64,000 bases of DNA from contig JAJZRL010000004.1 in NCBI GenBank assembly GCA_021802705.1, positions 13,862 through 77,861 of the forward strand, given 5' to 3'. The notes beneath the pieces are model-generated. The model was given only the letters and a program-made list of their open reading frames with translations, made no database searches and was not told the DNA's origin. Positions 9,715 to 21,970 of the stretch are shown one piece after another; within the stretch, counting starts at the first letter, position 1; each line of letters opens with the position of its first letter. Both the position numbers and the translations under genes were made by a program. Source of the DNA: a bacterium (GTDB taxonomy: Bacteria; Patescibacteriota; Minisyncoccia; Phycocordibacterales; Phycocordibacteraceae).

Positions 9715-10401
9715 TTGCGAAGCTGTCGTATACTAAAAGAAATGGCTCTTCCTCCGACAATACCGACCTCTTTCGTTCCGTACTCGGCGTCTGCGTCGAC
9801 GCGGCAGTTCCGCGGCGATTTCTCAGGCGCATTCAATTTCTTCGCGTACGCCGCGTTTTTCATCGCGCTCTCGCTCGCCGTCGGAGTTTTCTTTTACGGC
9901 CGCATCCTTTCCGCGACGCTCGCATCGAAAGACGCCGATTTAAGCAAAGCCGAAGCGTCGGTTGACGAGACGACCGTCAACAGCTTCCTGCAGCTGCACA
10001 ACCGCCTCCTTTCCGGAGAAACGCTCCTCGGGAACCATGTCGCTCTCTCGAATTTCTTCACGCTACTCGAGACCATCATGCCGACGAGCGTCCGCTTCTC
10101 CTCGTTGAATCTTTCGCTCGACAGTTCATCCGGTGCGGTACAAGTAGACGGATCAGGCGTTGCGAAGAGTTTTAACGCTCTAGCATCCGCTTCTATCGCT
10201 TTCGCGAAGGACGGCCGCATCAAGAACGCCATATTCTCGAATATCAGCGTCAATAAGAACAGCTCGGTCACCTTCGCCTTCACCGCATCGCTTGATCCGA
10301 AACTCGTCGCGTTCTCGCCGTCGGCTTCCGCAACGCTTGCGCCGAATGCCTCGACGACAACAGCATCAACGACGGCGACGACGAGCGCCCCTCTGCCATG
10401 A
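9715..10401 (+). CDS. PilN-like pilus assembly membrane protein
   Basis: single N-terminal TM followed by coiled-coil region; follows pilM. Confidence 0.55.
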   Translation: MRSCRILKEMALPPTIPTSFVPYSASASTRQFRGDFSGAFNFFAYAAFFIALSLAVGVFFYGRILSATLASKDADLSKAEASVDETTVNSFLQLHNRLLSGETLLGNHVALSNFFTLLETIMPTSVRFSSLNLSLDSSSGAVQVDGSGVAKSFNALASASIAFAKDGRIKNAIFSNISVNKNSSVTFAFTASLDPKLVAFSPSASATLAPNASTTTASTTATTSAPLP

Positions 10402-10967
10402 ACAGCCGCGTCCTTCCGCTCCTCGCTCTCATCGCGACCATCGCCATCTTTTTCGGGTATGTGAAGCCTACCTGGAGCGGCGAGATAGCGAATCTCAATA
10501 CCGCTATCGCCGCCGACGATCAGGCTCTTGCAGCCGCGGATGCATACGCTTCACAGCAGAATGCGCTCATTGCCGCGCGCAACGCCATCAATCCACAGGA
10601 CCTTTCGAGGCTCTCGACGTTCTTGCCGAGCTCGGCCGATAATGTCGGCATCATCCTCGACCTGAACGCTCTCGCCGCCCGCTCCGGCCTTTCCCTCTCG
10701 AGCATCGATGTTTCTAAAAATGCGGCGGCAGATGCTACTCCGACAAGCGCTCCGAACGGAACCTTCTCAGCAACTCCTTCGACCGGCTCCGTGAACTCGG
10801 TCGATCTCTCCCTTTCCGCCGTCGGTACCTATAGCGCATTCCAGACATTTCTTCAGGGGATTGAAAAGAGCCTCCGTCTTCTCGATGTCCAGAGTCTTTC
10901 CGTGACAGGCTCCGATACCGGATCGTATAATTACAGTATGACCATCCGTTTATACTGGCTCCGCTAA
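10398..10967 (+). CDS. PilO-like pilus assembly membrane protein
   Basis: TM anchor plus coiled coil; start overlaps previous gene (operon-like coupling). Confidence 0.55.
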   Translation: MNSRVLPLLALIATIAIFFGYVKPTWSGEIANLNTAIAADDQALAAADAYASQQNALIAARNAINPQDLSRLSTFLPSSADNVGIILDLNALAARSGLSLSSIDVSKNAAADATPTSAPNGTFSATPSTGSVNSVDLSLSAVGTYSAFQTFLQGIEKSLRLLDVQSLSVTGSDTGSYNYSMTIRLYWLR

Positions 10968-10973
10968 TCCGCT

Positions 10974-11276
10974 ATGAAATTCAATTCAAGCACCATCCTT
11001 ACGATTCTCGCGACGCTTATCGCTGCGGCCGGCGCGTATTGGTATTTCTTCACCGGAACAGGAAATCAGCCGCCGCTTACCGCAAACGCATCGAAAAACG
11101 AGGCACAAGCGCATTTCCAAGCGCTCGTCAGCGAACTGCAGACGATTTCCTTCGATACCGGCATTTTTTCTGATCCGCGTTTCAACGCGCTCGCCGATCT
11201 TACGACGCCCGTCGCTCCGGAAACATTGGGCCGTCTGGATCCATTCGCCCCGATTCCTGGCATAAGCGGAAAATGA
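10974..11276 (+). CDS. hypothetical membrane-anchored protein (possible PilP-like)
   Basis: signal-anchor N-terminus; position in pil cluster. Confidence 0.4.
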   Translation: MKFNSSTILTILATLIAAAGAYWYFFTGTGNQPPLTANASKNEAQAHFQALVSELQTISFDTGIFSDPRFNALADLTTPVAPETLGRLDPFAPIPGISGK

Positions 11277-11279
11277 GTA

Positions 11280-13058
11280 ATGAATCTTCTCGGACTTCTT
11301 CTTGATAAAGGCCTTCTCTCTGCGAATGATCGCGTAGCGATCGAGGCCGAACTCGCGAAGAATCGTCCGCTTAAGGACGTGCTTGCCGAACACGGCATCT
11401 CGCTCAAAGATGCGCTCGCCTCCGCAGGGGAGGTCTACAAGCTCCCTACCCGGATACTCGGTAATCCTCCGGCCAGCGAAGACGCGCTGAGCTATATCCC
11501 GATCGACTCGGCGCGCCACTACGGATTCGTCCCGCTTAACATAGTCGACGGGGCGCTCGAGGTCGGCATCGTCGATCCTGACAATATCGAGGCGCTCGAT
11601 GCGTTGCAGTTCATCTCAGGCCAGACGGGCGTGCCATATAAGATCTTCCTCATCTCGAAGGAAGATTTCGAGCGGGTCCTTAAGGCGTATCAGAACCTTA
11701 CCGGCGAGATAGGGAAGGCGCTTTCCGAGTATGAAATGAGCAGCAAGCCTGCCGCTGCGCAGCCCGCCTCTCCCGAGGCGGAGTCGCAAGACGACAAGCC
11801 GCTCACTCTCACGACCGGCGCCCAGCACGAGACCCTCAAAGAGGATGCGCCGGTAACGAAGATCGTCTCGACGATACTGCGGTACGCTATCGAAGGCCAC
11901 GCTTCCGACATCCATATCGAGCCGTCGCCGACCAAGACCCGGGTGCGTTTCCGTACGGACGGCGATCTCCACACCTCTCTTGAACTCCCCGCAAAAGTGC
12001 GCGATGCGGTCATCGCGCGCGTGAAGATTCTCGCAAAACTGCGTCTCGATGAGAAAAGAAAACCGCAGGACGGCCGTTTTTCAGCGACCATCGATATGCG
12101 ACGTATCGATTTCCGCGTCTCGACCTTCCCGACGGAATACGGAGAAAAGGTCGTGATGCGTATCCTCGATCAGTCGGCCGCGACGGCGACGCTCGATTCG
12201 ATTGGCTTTTCGGAGGAGCAGCTCTCCGGCATACGCGATATGATGAAAGCGCCCTACGGCATTATTCTTATCGCCGGTCCGACCGGATCAGGAAAGTCGA
12301 CGACGCTCTTCGCTATGCTTTCCGAGCTTGATCGCGAGACCGCCAACGTGGTTTCGCTCGAAGACCCCGTCGAGTACGAGATACCCGGCGTTTCCCAGAG
12401 CCAGGTGCGGCCGGAGATAGGCTATACTTTCGCGAGCGGGCTGCGATCTATCTTGCGCCAAGACCCGGATGTCATCATGGTCGGCGAGATCCGTGATAAC
12501 GAAACCGCAGTCCTCGCCGTGCAGGCGGCTCTTACTGGTCATCTCGTTTTCTCCACCATCCATACGAATACCGCCACCGGCGCGATACCGCGCCTCATCG
12601 ACATGGGCGTCGACCCTTTCCTTATCGCGCCGACGCTCGTTGCGGTTATCGGGCAACGTCTCGTGCAGAAGCTCTGCGACGGCGCGGGGAAGCCTTTTCC
12701 GATCACCGCGAGCATGAAAGCGTTTCTGGAGCGGGAATTCGAGGACCTGCCCGCCGAATACAAGAAGAAACTGCCTCCGTTTGAAAATTTCTATCGCGCG
12801 AGCCCGACGACCGAGTGTCCGAACGGTACGCGTGGCCGCACGGCGGTCTTCGAGATCCTCAACATGGAGAAGAGTATCGAACAGGTCGTGCTCAAGGAGC
12901 CGGTTGAGGAAACCATTTATACCGCCGCGCGTGCGAACGGGATGCTCACGATGCACGAAGATGCCATCATAAAGGCTCTTCAAGGGAAGATTCCTTTCGA
13001 GGAGGTGAATACGCTCGGCGGAGACCTTCTTCCCGAAGGGGATAGCGATACCGAGTAA
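11280..13058 (+). CDS. pilB: type IV pilus assembly ATPase PilB (GspE family)
   Basis: Walker A GPTGSGKSTT, GspE N-domain, C-terminal Cys cluster. Confidence 0.9.
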   Translation: MNLLGLLLDKGLLSANDRVAIEAELAKNRPLKDVLAEHGISLKDALASAGEVYKLPTRILGNPPASEDALSYIPIDSARHYGFVPLNIVDGALEVGIVDPDNIEALDALQFISGQTGVPYKIFLISKEDFERVLKAYQNLTGEIGKALSEYEMSSKPAAAQPASPEAESQDDKPLTLTTGAQHETLKEDAPVTKIVSTILRYAIEGHASDIHIEPSPTKTRVRFRTDGDLHTSLELPAKVRDAVIARVKILAKLRLDEKRKPQDGRFSATIDMRRIDFRVSTFPTEYGEKVVMRILDQSAATATLDSIGFSEEQLSGIRDMMKAPYGIILIAGPTGSGKSTTLFAMLSELDRETANVVSLEDPVEYEIPGVSQSQVRPEIGYTFASGLRSILRQDPDVIMVGEIRDNETAVLAVQAALTGHLVFSTIHTNTATGAIPRLIDMGVDPFLIAPTLVAVIGQRLVQKLCDGAGKPFPITASMKAFLEREFEDLPAEYKKKLPPFENFYRASPTTECPNGTRGRTAVFEILNMEKSIEQVVLKEPVEETIYTAARANGMLTMHEDAIIKALQGKIPFEEVNTLGGDLLPEGDSDTE

Positions 13059-13087
13059 CCGGCTCTCATGTACTATACTATCCTATA

Positions 13088-13507
13088 ATGGCTTACCGAA
13101 TCTATCTCGTCGACGACGACCGTTTCCTCCTCGATTTGTATGCGATAAAGTTTAAGAATGCCGGTCACGACGTAAGCGTGTTTAATGGCGGCGAAGACCT
13201 TCTCGCCGCGCTCCGCAAGGAAGACGCGCCCGTACCAAGCGCCATCCTGCTCGACGTTATCATGCCCGGCATGAGCGGTTTCGAGATTCTCGATACGATA
13301 CGGAAAGAGGGTCTTGCGAAAGGGGCGAAGTTCATCATCCTTTCAAATCAAGGACAGGATTCCGATTTCGAGAAGGCGAAGGAGCTCTCCGTTGACGGCT
13401 ACATCATAAAAGCATCCGCCATCCCGTCAGAGGTGCTCACGGAGACTATCCGTACCATCGAGGGTGGTGCGCAGCAGGGCGGCGGAGAACTGCCGATCCA
13501 CCAGTAA
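13088..13507 (+). CDS. single-domain response regulator (CheY-like receiver)
   Basis: YLVDDD...LDVIMPGMSGFEIL receiver motifs, no output domain. Confidence 0.8.
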   Translation: MAYRIYLVDDDRFLLDLYAIKFKNAGHDVSVFNGGEDLLAALRKEDAPVPSAILLDVIMPGMSGFEILDTIRKEGLAKGAKFIILSNQGQDSDFEKAKELSVDGYIIKASAIPSEVLTETIRTIEGGAQQGGGELPIHQ

Positions 13508-13519
13508 AATTTAACCACC

Positions 13520-14581
13520 ATGGCTGCTGACAAACGTCTTGAAGAACTCCTCGATATCGTCATCACGGAAGGCGGCTCCGATCTGCATCTTTTCGTCGGC
13601 GGTCGCCCGGTGGTTCGGATCGCGGGCGCGCTCATCCCGCTCTCGAAGTACCCGGTATTTGCCGCTGACGAGACGGAGGCGATGTTGAAGAGCATCGTGC
13701 CGCCGGACCGCTGGGATTCTTTTATGGAAAATCAGACCATCGATCTTTCGTACGCCTACCGGGAAGACATGCGTTTCCGCGTAAACGGCTACCGGGTACA
13801 GGGAGGGGTAGCTATCGCGTTCCGGCTTATTCCGCATGCGGTACGCACCTTCTCCGATCTCAACCTCCCGTCCGTGCTCGAAGTCTTCACGCAGCGCGAA
13901 CAAGGCTTCTTTATCGTCGTGGGGCCGGTCGGGCACGGCAAATCAACGACGCTTGCCGCGATGATAAACCGCATCAACGATTCTCGTGCGGAGCACATCC
14001 TCACCATCGAAGATCCGGTCGAATACGTCTTTACGCCCAAGAAATCGCTCATCCATCAGCGTGAAGTGTACGTCGATGCGCCCAGCTTCAGCACGGCCTT
14101 ACAGAGCGCGTTCCGTGAAGATGTCGATGTCATCATGGTCGGCGAGATGCGCGATTATGAGACTATCTCGGCGGCAGTAACCGCCGCCGAAACCGGCCAT
14201 CTCGTCTTTTCGACGCTCCACACCAACAACGCCGCGCAGACCATCGACCGCATCATCGACATGTTTCCGGCCGAGCAACAAGACCAGGTGCGCGTGCAGC
14301 TCGCCGGTTCCCTGGCGGGTATCTTTTCCCAACGGCTCATACCGCGCGTTTCAGGCGGGCTTATTCCGGCGTACGAGCTCCTCATCAACAACAACGCCGT
14401 CGCAAACCTCATCCGCGAGGCGCAGACCCACGAGATCAGCGCCGTCATCCAGACCTCTTCGCAAGATGGCATGATCGACATGGACCGCATGCTCGCAGAC
14501 CTTGTTCATCGCGGGGAAGTCACGGTCGAGCACGCCTATGAGCACTCGATGGACCCGAAAACCTTTGAACGCTATCTTTAG
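13520..14581 (+). CDS. pilT: twitching motility ATPase PilT
   Basis: Walker A GPVGHGKSTT, PilT-family length and motifs. Confidence 0.9.
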   Translation: MAADKRLEELLDIVITEGGSDLHLFVGGRPVVRIAGALIPLSKYPVFAADETEAMLKSIVPPDRWDSFMENQTIDLSYAYREDMRFRVNGYRVQGGVAIAFRLIPHAVRTFSDLNLPSVLEVFTQREQGFFIVVGPVGHGKSTTLAAMINRINDSRAEHILTIEDPVEYVFTPKKSLIHQREVYVDAPSFSTALQSAFREDVDVIMVGEMRDYETISAAVTAAETGHLVFSTLHTNNAAQTIDRIIDMFPAEQQDQVRVQLAGSLAGIFSQRLIPRVSGGLIPAYELLINNNAVANLIREAQTHEISAVIQTSSQDGMIDMDRMLADLVHRGEVTVEHAYEHSMDPKTFERYL

Positions 14582-14587
14582 CCTGCC

Positions 14588-15793
14588 ATGCTTTTCAAAT
14601 ATCACGCTATCGATCAAGACGGTCATGAGCGGGACGGAACCATCGAAGCGCCGTCGCAGGAAGTCGCCATCTCGGCGCTGCAGCGCCGCAATCTCATCAT
14701 TTCGGCGATAGAGTCGACCGAGAAGCGGTCGGTGCTCGAGATCGAGATACCGTTTTTCAACCAGGTCTCGAACAAGGACGTCGTCGTCCTTTCGCGCCAG
14801 GTAGCGACGCTCTTCGAAGCGCAGGTGTCTGCGCTTCGCGTCTTCAGGCTCCTCGCCGCCGAAGTCGACAATAAGCAGCTCTCGTCCGTCCTCTCCGCAG
14901 TCGGAGACGACCTCCAAAGCGGAAGCCCCATAAGCAAGGCTCTTGCGCGCCACCCGAAAGTATTCAAGCCGTTTTACGTAAACATGGTCGCAGCCGGAGA
15001 AGAGTCCGGGAAACTCTCGGAAACGTTCGTCTACCTCGCCGACTACCTCGACCGCTCCTACGATGTCATCAGCAAGGCCGAGAACGCGCTCATCTATCCG
15101 ATCTTCGTCATCGCCGTCTTCTTCGGCGTCATGGCGCTCATGCTCACGCTCGTGATCCCGAAGATAAGCGCGGTGCTGCTCGATTCCGGCCAGCCGGTGC
15201 CGCTCTATACGAGCATCATCATCGGCTTTTCGAACTTCCTCATCCAGTACGGCATCTTCCTGATCATCGGGCTCATCGGGCTTGGCATATATGCGTGGCA
15301 GCTCAGCAAGACCGAGCGCGGCAAGCTTCTTCTCGACGGGATCAAGCTTTCGGTGCCGTACGTAGGCGACCTCTACAAGAAGCTCTATCTCGCGCGCATC
15401 GCGGACAACTTCTCCACCATGCTTACTAGCGGCGTCTCGGTCATCAAGGCGCTTGAGATTTCCGCAGCTGTCGTCGATAACTCCGTCTATGCGAACGTCC
15501 TTACCGCCGTCGGGGCGGACGTGCGCGGCGGCTCGGCCGTCTCAAGCGCGCTCGGGAAGCATCCGGAGATGCCGGGCATCATGGTCGCCATGACAAGGGT
15601 CGGAGAGGAGACCGGCGAGCTCGGCAAGATCCTCACGACGCTCGCGAAGTTCTATAACCGCGAAGTGGTGAATGCGGTCGATACGCTCGTCGGGCTCATC
15701 GAGCCGATCATGATCGTGATGCTCGGCCTTGGCGTCGGTACGCTCCTCGCCGCGGTGCTCCTTCCTATCTACAACCTCGCAAGCGCCATTTGA
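14588..15793 (+). CDS. pilC: type IV pilus platform protein PilC (GspF family)
   Basis: duplicated GspF domains, polytopic. Confidence 0.85.
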   Translation: MLFKYHAIDQDGHERDGTIEAPSQEVAISALQRRNLIISAIESTEKRSVLEIEIPFFNQVSNKDVVVLSRQVATLFEAQVSALRVFRLLAAEVDNKQLSSVLSAVGDDLQSGSPISKALARHPKVFKPFYVNMVAAGEESGKLSETFVYLADYLDRSYDVISKAENALIYPIFVIAVFFGVMALMLTLVIPKISAVLLDSGQPVPLYTSIIIGFSNFLIQYGIFLIIGLIGLGIYAWQLSKTERGKLLLDGIKLSVPYVGDLYKKLYLARIADNFSTMLTSGVSVIKALEISAAVVDNSVYANVLTAVGADVRGGSAVSSALGKHPEMPGIMVAMTRVGEETGELGKILTTLAKFYNREVVNAVDTLVGLIEPIMIVMLGLGVGTLLAAVLLPIYNLASAI

Positions 15794-15899
15794 GCGCTTC
15801 CGAGAAAACGCTATCCACAGCCTGTGCCCAAAAAGCGTATGCGTGCGCTAAAATAGAACACAGGTATAGATAACAAGTTAATAATCGCAAATAATCTTT

Positions 15900-16382
15900 A
15901 TGTATAACAATCGTTCTCGAGGTTTCACCCTCATCGAGCTCCTCGTCGTGATCGCCATCATCGGCATCCTCTCGGCGGTCGTGCTCGCTTCGCTTAGCAC
16001 CGCTCGCAGCAAAGGTAGTATCGCCGCCATCCAATCAAATATAAATGCGGTACAGACGCAGGCGGAAATATATTACGGTAGCAATTCTAATAGTTATGGT
16101 ACGCAAGCATGGTCAAGCGGGGCCGCGTCAGCGTGTACGGGAGGCATGTTCTCTGATTCGACCATAACAAAGGCGCTTGCGCAGGCAGATTCTTCGAACG
16201 GAAGCGGCAATATAGACTGCGTTGCGAATGGCACCTCATACGTTGTCGCCGCAGATATCAGCCAGCTTCAAGCTCCCGTTTCCCCGCAAGTTGGAAATTG
16301 GTGGTGTGTTGATTCCTCGGGAACGGCACGACAAGAAACAGCAACCGCATTCCCAACGGCTGCCATCTCTGTCTGCCCGTAG
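15900..16382 (+). CDS. type IV major pilin (prepilin-type N-terminal cleavage/methylation domain)
   Basis: RGFTLIELLVVIAIIGIL prepilin leader/TM. Confidence 0.85.
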   Translation: MYNNRSRGFTLIELLVVIAIIGILSAVVLASLSTARSKGSIAAIQSNINAVQTQAEIYYGSNSNSYGTQAWSSGAASACTGGMFSDSTITKALAQADSSNGSGNIDCVANGTSYVVAADISQLQAPVSPQVGNWWCVDSSGTARQETATAFPTAAISVCP

Positions 16383-16399
16383 GAAGAAGTAGTAAACAC

Positions 16400-16428
16400 A
16401 AAAACCCGCGGCTATGCCGCGGGTTTTT
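16400..16428 (+). terminator. rho-independent terminator after pilin gene
   Basis: AAAACCCGCGG-CTAT-GCCGCGGGTTTTT. Confidence 0.8.
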
Positions 16429-16442
16429 GATATGATACAAGG

Positions 16443-17207
16443 ATGCTTTCTCTCTCGCTTATAACGTTCTTCGCTCTTGGCGCGCTCGTCGCGAGCTTCA
16501 TAGGCGTGGTCGTTGCGCGCCTCAACACCGGGGAAGGTTTCCTTACGGGCCGCTCGCGGTGCGATGTCTGCGGGGCGCCGCTCTCGTTTCTCTCGCTCGT
16601 GCCGATCGTCTCATACCTCGCTTCGTGCGGCCGCGCCCGCTGCTGCGGCGCGCGCATTTCGGCGCGCGCGCCGCTCTCCGAATTCCTTCTCGGCGCGCTC
16701 TTCGCCCTCTCTTTCGCACGGCTCGGGCTTACCGTGACGCTCCTCTTCATGCTCGTGTCCCTTTCGATGCTCCTTGCCCTTGTCCTCTACGACCTCATGC
16801 ATCAGATACTGCCGGCCGGACTCCTTACGGCATTCGTCCTTGCTGCGGCGGCAACCGGATTTTTATCGGCGAGCGATTTTGAGACGTTTGGAAGATCGCT
16901 TCTCGTCGCAGGTGTTTTCGCGCTCTTTTTCGCGCTCATTCACTTTCTCTCGCACGGCCGCGCCATGGGCTTTTCCGACACCCCGCTTGTTTTCGGTCTC
17001 GCTCTCCTTGCGGGGGAGCATGCGCTGCCCGGGTTCGTCTTCTCGTTTTGGATCGGCGCCGTCATAGGGATAACGCTGTTGGCGCGGCGGCCTCATGGTT
17101 CTAGAATAGGGGTTGAGGTGCCGTTCGCCCCGTTTCTGGCCGCCGGCTTCCTTCTCGCATACTTCACCCAATGGAATCCTTTCCTTATCGCCGCGGTTTT
17201 ACCCTGA
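16443..17207 (+). CDS. pilD: prepilin peptidase PilD (A24 family)
   Basis: polytopic, N-terminal Cys-pair region CDVCGAPL...CGRARCCGA. Confidence 0.8.
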   Translation: MLSLSLITFFALGALVASFIGVVVARLNTGEGFLTGRSRCDVCGAPLSFLSLVPIVSYLASCGRARCCGARISARAPLSEFLLGALFALSFARLGLTVTLLFMLVSLSMLLALVLYDLMHQILPAGLLTAFVLAAAATGFLSASDFETFGRSLLVAGVFALFFALIHFLSHGRAMGFSDTPLVFGLALLAGEHALPGFVFSFWIGAVIGITLLARRPHGSRIGVEVPFAPFLAAGFLLAYFTQWNPFLIAAVLP

Positions 17208-17851
17208 TCGAGCTTCTGGTCGTGTTCGCTATCATCGCCGTCCTTTCTCTCGTCGTGATTACCAGCCAGAGCTCTTTCAATAAGACGCTCGTCCTTACCA
17301 ATACCGCGTATGACCTCGCGCTCGCGCTCCGTTCCACCGAAACCTACGGCATCGGCAATCGCGCGATCGGTTCGAGTCAGAATGCGAATGCCGGTTACGG
17401 TCTCGACTTCCAGAAAGCGAACCAGACATCCTTCACGCTTTTTGCCGACACCTATCCGCCGATAGGGAGTTCAGGGCTCTGCCACACGCCGCCCGCAAAT
17501 GATCCGACCGGTCCGAACGCCGTACCCGGTAATTGCGTATATGATGCGACTCAAGGAGAAAAAGTGATGAGCTATACCATCGCAAACAACATCACGATAA
17601 GCAATTTTTGCGCAGGGGTGGGCAGCTCTTGGGCATGCGCGAATGGGACAGGATTCTTCACGCTCTCTTCTCTCGACATCGTATTCTCGCGGCCGAATCC
17701 GGTCCCTTTCATACGGGCACGCATCCTTACTTTCCCTCCGGTTTCCGCGGACGCGGCGTGCATCACGCTCTCTTCTCCTTACGGCGGCTCGCGTTACGTC
17801 GCGGTTAACGCTGCGGGAGAGATAACCGTCGCAACCTCATCATGTCCATGA
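17171..17851 (+). CDS. minor pilin / pseudopilin (prepilin N-terminal domain)
   Basis: RRGFTLIELLVVFAIIAVL. Confidence 0.75.
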   Translation: MESFPYRRGFTLIELLVVFAIIAVLSLVVITSQSSFNKTLVLTNTAYDLALALRSTETYGIGNRAIGSSQNANAGYGLDFQKANQTSFTLFADTYPPIGSSGLCHTPPANDPTGPNAVPGNCVYDATQGEKVMSYTIANNITISNFCAGVGSSWACANGTGFFTLSSLDIVFSRPNPVPFIRARILTFPPVSADAACITLSSPYGGSRYVAVNAAGEITVATSSCP

Positions 17852-18387
17852 CCCGCTCAAGAGGCTACACGCTCGTCGAGCTCATCGTTGCGATGGGTCT
17901 CTTCGCGCTCGTCATGCTGCTTGCTTCAGGCGCGTACCTCATGATGATAGGGGCAAACCGGCAAGCGCAAGCCATCTCTACCGGCATCGACAACCTCTCT
18001 TTCGCGCTTGAAAGCATGACCCGCAGCATACGCACGGGCACATCCTATGATTGCGGTACCCTGACTGCCAGCCCTAACGACTGTTCCGGTGGCAAGAGCA
18101 CCTTTTCATTCAAAGACCAGTCCGGGAAGATAATCGCTTACACGGTAAATGCATCGACGCTTCAGGAGTCGACCGACGGGGGCAACACGTGGGTTTCGCT
18201 TACCGACCCGTCGGTAAACATCTCGTCGCTCATGTTTTATGCCTATGATACGGAGCCGACGTCGGACGGCAACTACGGCCAGCCGCGCGTTACGATCGTC
18301 GTGTCCGGCAGCGTCTCTTCTGGGCCCAACAAGACGGTACCTTTCACGGTTGAGACGGGCGCGACGATGCGCGGCGTGGACCTATAG
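17842..18387 (+). CDS. minor pilin / pseudopilin
   Basis: RGYTLVELIVAMGLFALV. Confidence 0.75.
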   Translation: MSMTRSRGYTLVELIVAMGLFALVMLLASGAYLMMIGANRQAQAISTGIDNLSFALESMTRSIRTGTSYDCGTLTASPNDCSGGKSTFSFKDQSGKIIAYTVNASTLQESTDGGNTWVSLTDPSVNISSLMFYAYDTEPTSDGNYGQPRVTIVVSGSVSSGPNKTVPFTVETGATMRGVDL

Positions 18388-18404
18388 TATATGAAGTATC
18401 CAAT

Positions 18405-19073
18405 ATGCGTATGAAAAACGTCGCCGCCAAACAGGAAAAACAGGAGAATGGTCTCTTTTATCCGGCTACGAACGGGAAGCGAAGAGACCGACAGGGCGGG
18501 TTTACGCTCGTCGAAACTCTGGTTGCCATCGCGATCCTTGCCCTTGCCGTCTCGGGACCGCTCTTCATAGCGGATCGCGCCATCGTTGCGGCGCAGTCGG
18601 CGCAATATCAGCTCACGGCTTCATATCTCGCGCAGGAAGGCATCGAATACGTGCGCGCGATGCGTGATAACGCCTATCTCGCCGCGTACCAGACCAATAA
18701 AACCAACAATACCGCATGGTGGAACGGTTTGAACGGTTTCTTAACTGGGAATTCGTCGAGCTCGATCATGCCCTGCGTTTCGTTGCTCTGCACGCTCGAC
18801 CCGACGCGCCCTATGGGCGCTGGAGTCTTCAACAGCAACCAGGCGCTTGCAGAGTGCAGTGGCGCGTGCCAGCCTCTCTATCTCACAAGCACCGGCTATA
18901 CCGAACAGAGCGCTCTTCCGGGTGCTGTGAAGACCCCGTTTACCCGTACGATAGAAATCGGTTATACGCCCGCGATGCCGGATTTCGCCGAAGCGACCTC
19001 TACCGTATCGTGGAACTTCCATGGCACCATGTATTCCGTCGAGATTGTCGACTACCTTACGCCATGGCAATAA
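18405..19073 (+). CDS. minor pilin / pseudopilin
   Basis: GGFTLVETLVAIAILALAV. Confidence 0.7.
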   Translation: MRMKNVAAKQEKQENGLFYPATNGKRRDRQGGFTLVETLVAIAILALAVSGPLFIADRAIVAAQSAQYQLTASYLAQEGIEYVRAMRDNAYLAAYQTNKTNNTAWWNGLNGFLTGNSSSSIMPCVSLLCTLDPTRPMGAGVFNSNQALAECSGACQPLYLTSTGYTEQSALPGAVKTPFTRTIEIGYTPAMPDFAEATSTVSWNFHGTMYSVEIVDYLTPWQ

Positions 19074-19639
19074 CGATGAAAAGAGCGGGTAGGAAAGCGT
19101 ACGCTCGGAATCCCCGGCGAGGGTTTGCGCTCCTTGTCGCCGTCATCTTCATGTCGGTGATGCTCGTTCTCGGTCTCATCCTCGGCTCGTTAAGCTATAA
19201 GCAGCAGATACTCGCTTCCTCCGCCATCGAATCGCAAGATGCGTTCTATGTGGCTGACGCCGCGCTCGAATGCGCCCTGTTTTCCGACCAAAAACAGAAT
19301 GAGTTTGCCTATCCTTCGCCGTACAACCCGCTCTCTTCTCCTTCCGCGCCTGGTCTTATATGCCGGTATGTTTCTCCGGTTTCTTCGACCGTACTTTCTT
19401 ACACGTCGCAAGAAATGGTTACTTTTAATCGCGTTCAGATCGATTCGGGTACGGGAAGCGGCTGCGCGGACGTGACCGTCTATAAGCCTTCTTCAAGCAC
19501 GGGGACAACCTACATCTTCTCGCAGGGCTACAACGTTCCGTGCAGCACAGTGCAAAGCGCTTCAAGCGGCGTTAATGCGGGAAACCTCTTCAGCAATGCG
19601 CGCATCGTGGCGCGCGGCTTGAGCGCCGAATACAACTAG
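19064..19639 (+). CDS. PilX-like minor pilin (internal start of track ORF 18716..19639)
   Basis: MAITMKRAG...RRGFALLVAVIFMSVMLVLGL; the upstream part of the track ORF overlaps the preceding gene in another frame. Confidence 0.6.
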   Translation: MAITMKRAGRKAYARNPRRGFALLVAVIFMSVMLVLGLILGSLSYKQQILASSAIESQDAFYVADAALECALFSDQKQNEFAYPSPYNPLSSPSAPGLICRYVSPVSSTVLSYTSQEMVTFNRVQIDSGTGSGCADVTVYKPSSSTGTTYIFSQGYNVPCSTVQSASSGVNAGNLFSNARIVARGLSAEYN

Positions 19640-19655
19640 GACCGAGCTGGTATAG

Positions 19656-21662
<2,007 letters not shown>

Positions 21663-21676
21663 TAGAGTGCAAGGCA

Positions 21677-21970
21677 ATGGCGACGGTAGAGGAGGTAAAA
21701 AAGCTCGCGATGCTCGCGCGCATCGCGATAGCCGAGGAAGACGTCCTGAAATTCACGAACGAATTCGACGCTATCCTTGCATACGTGGGGCAGCTCGAAA
21801 CGCTCGATCTCTCCGACAGCACGACGGATGCGAAGCCGCCTTTGCGCAACAGCATGCGCATCGATGGCGACCCCCATGCTCCGGGCGTTTATACCGAGAC
21901 ACTCGCCGCGCAATTCCCCGACCGCGAGGACGATGCGCTTTCGGTAAAACAGATTGTCCAGCATGACTAA
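21677..21970 (+). CDS. gatC: Asp/Glu-tRNA amidotransferase subunit C
   Basis: MATVEEVKKLAMLARIAIAEEDV... typical GatC; immediately upstream of gatA. Confidence 0.8.
   Translation: MATVEEVKKLAMLARIAIAEEDVLKFTNEFDAILAYVGQLETLDLSDSTTDAKPPLRNSMRIDGDPHAPGVYTETLAAQFPDREDDALSVKQIVQHD

Noticed and set aside
12288-12983. 231-aa minus-strand ORF
   Set aside because: Antisense to pilB.
18716-19063. Upstream part of track ORF 18716..19639
   Set aside because: Overlaps minor pilin 18405..19073 in another frame; the prepilin-like N-terminus begins at the internal Met (19064).
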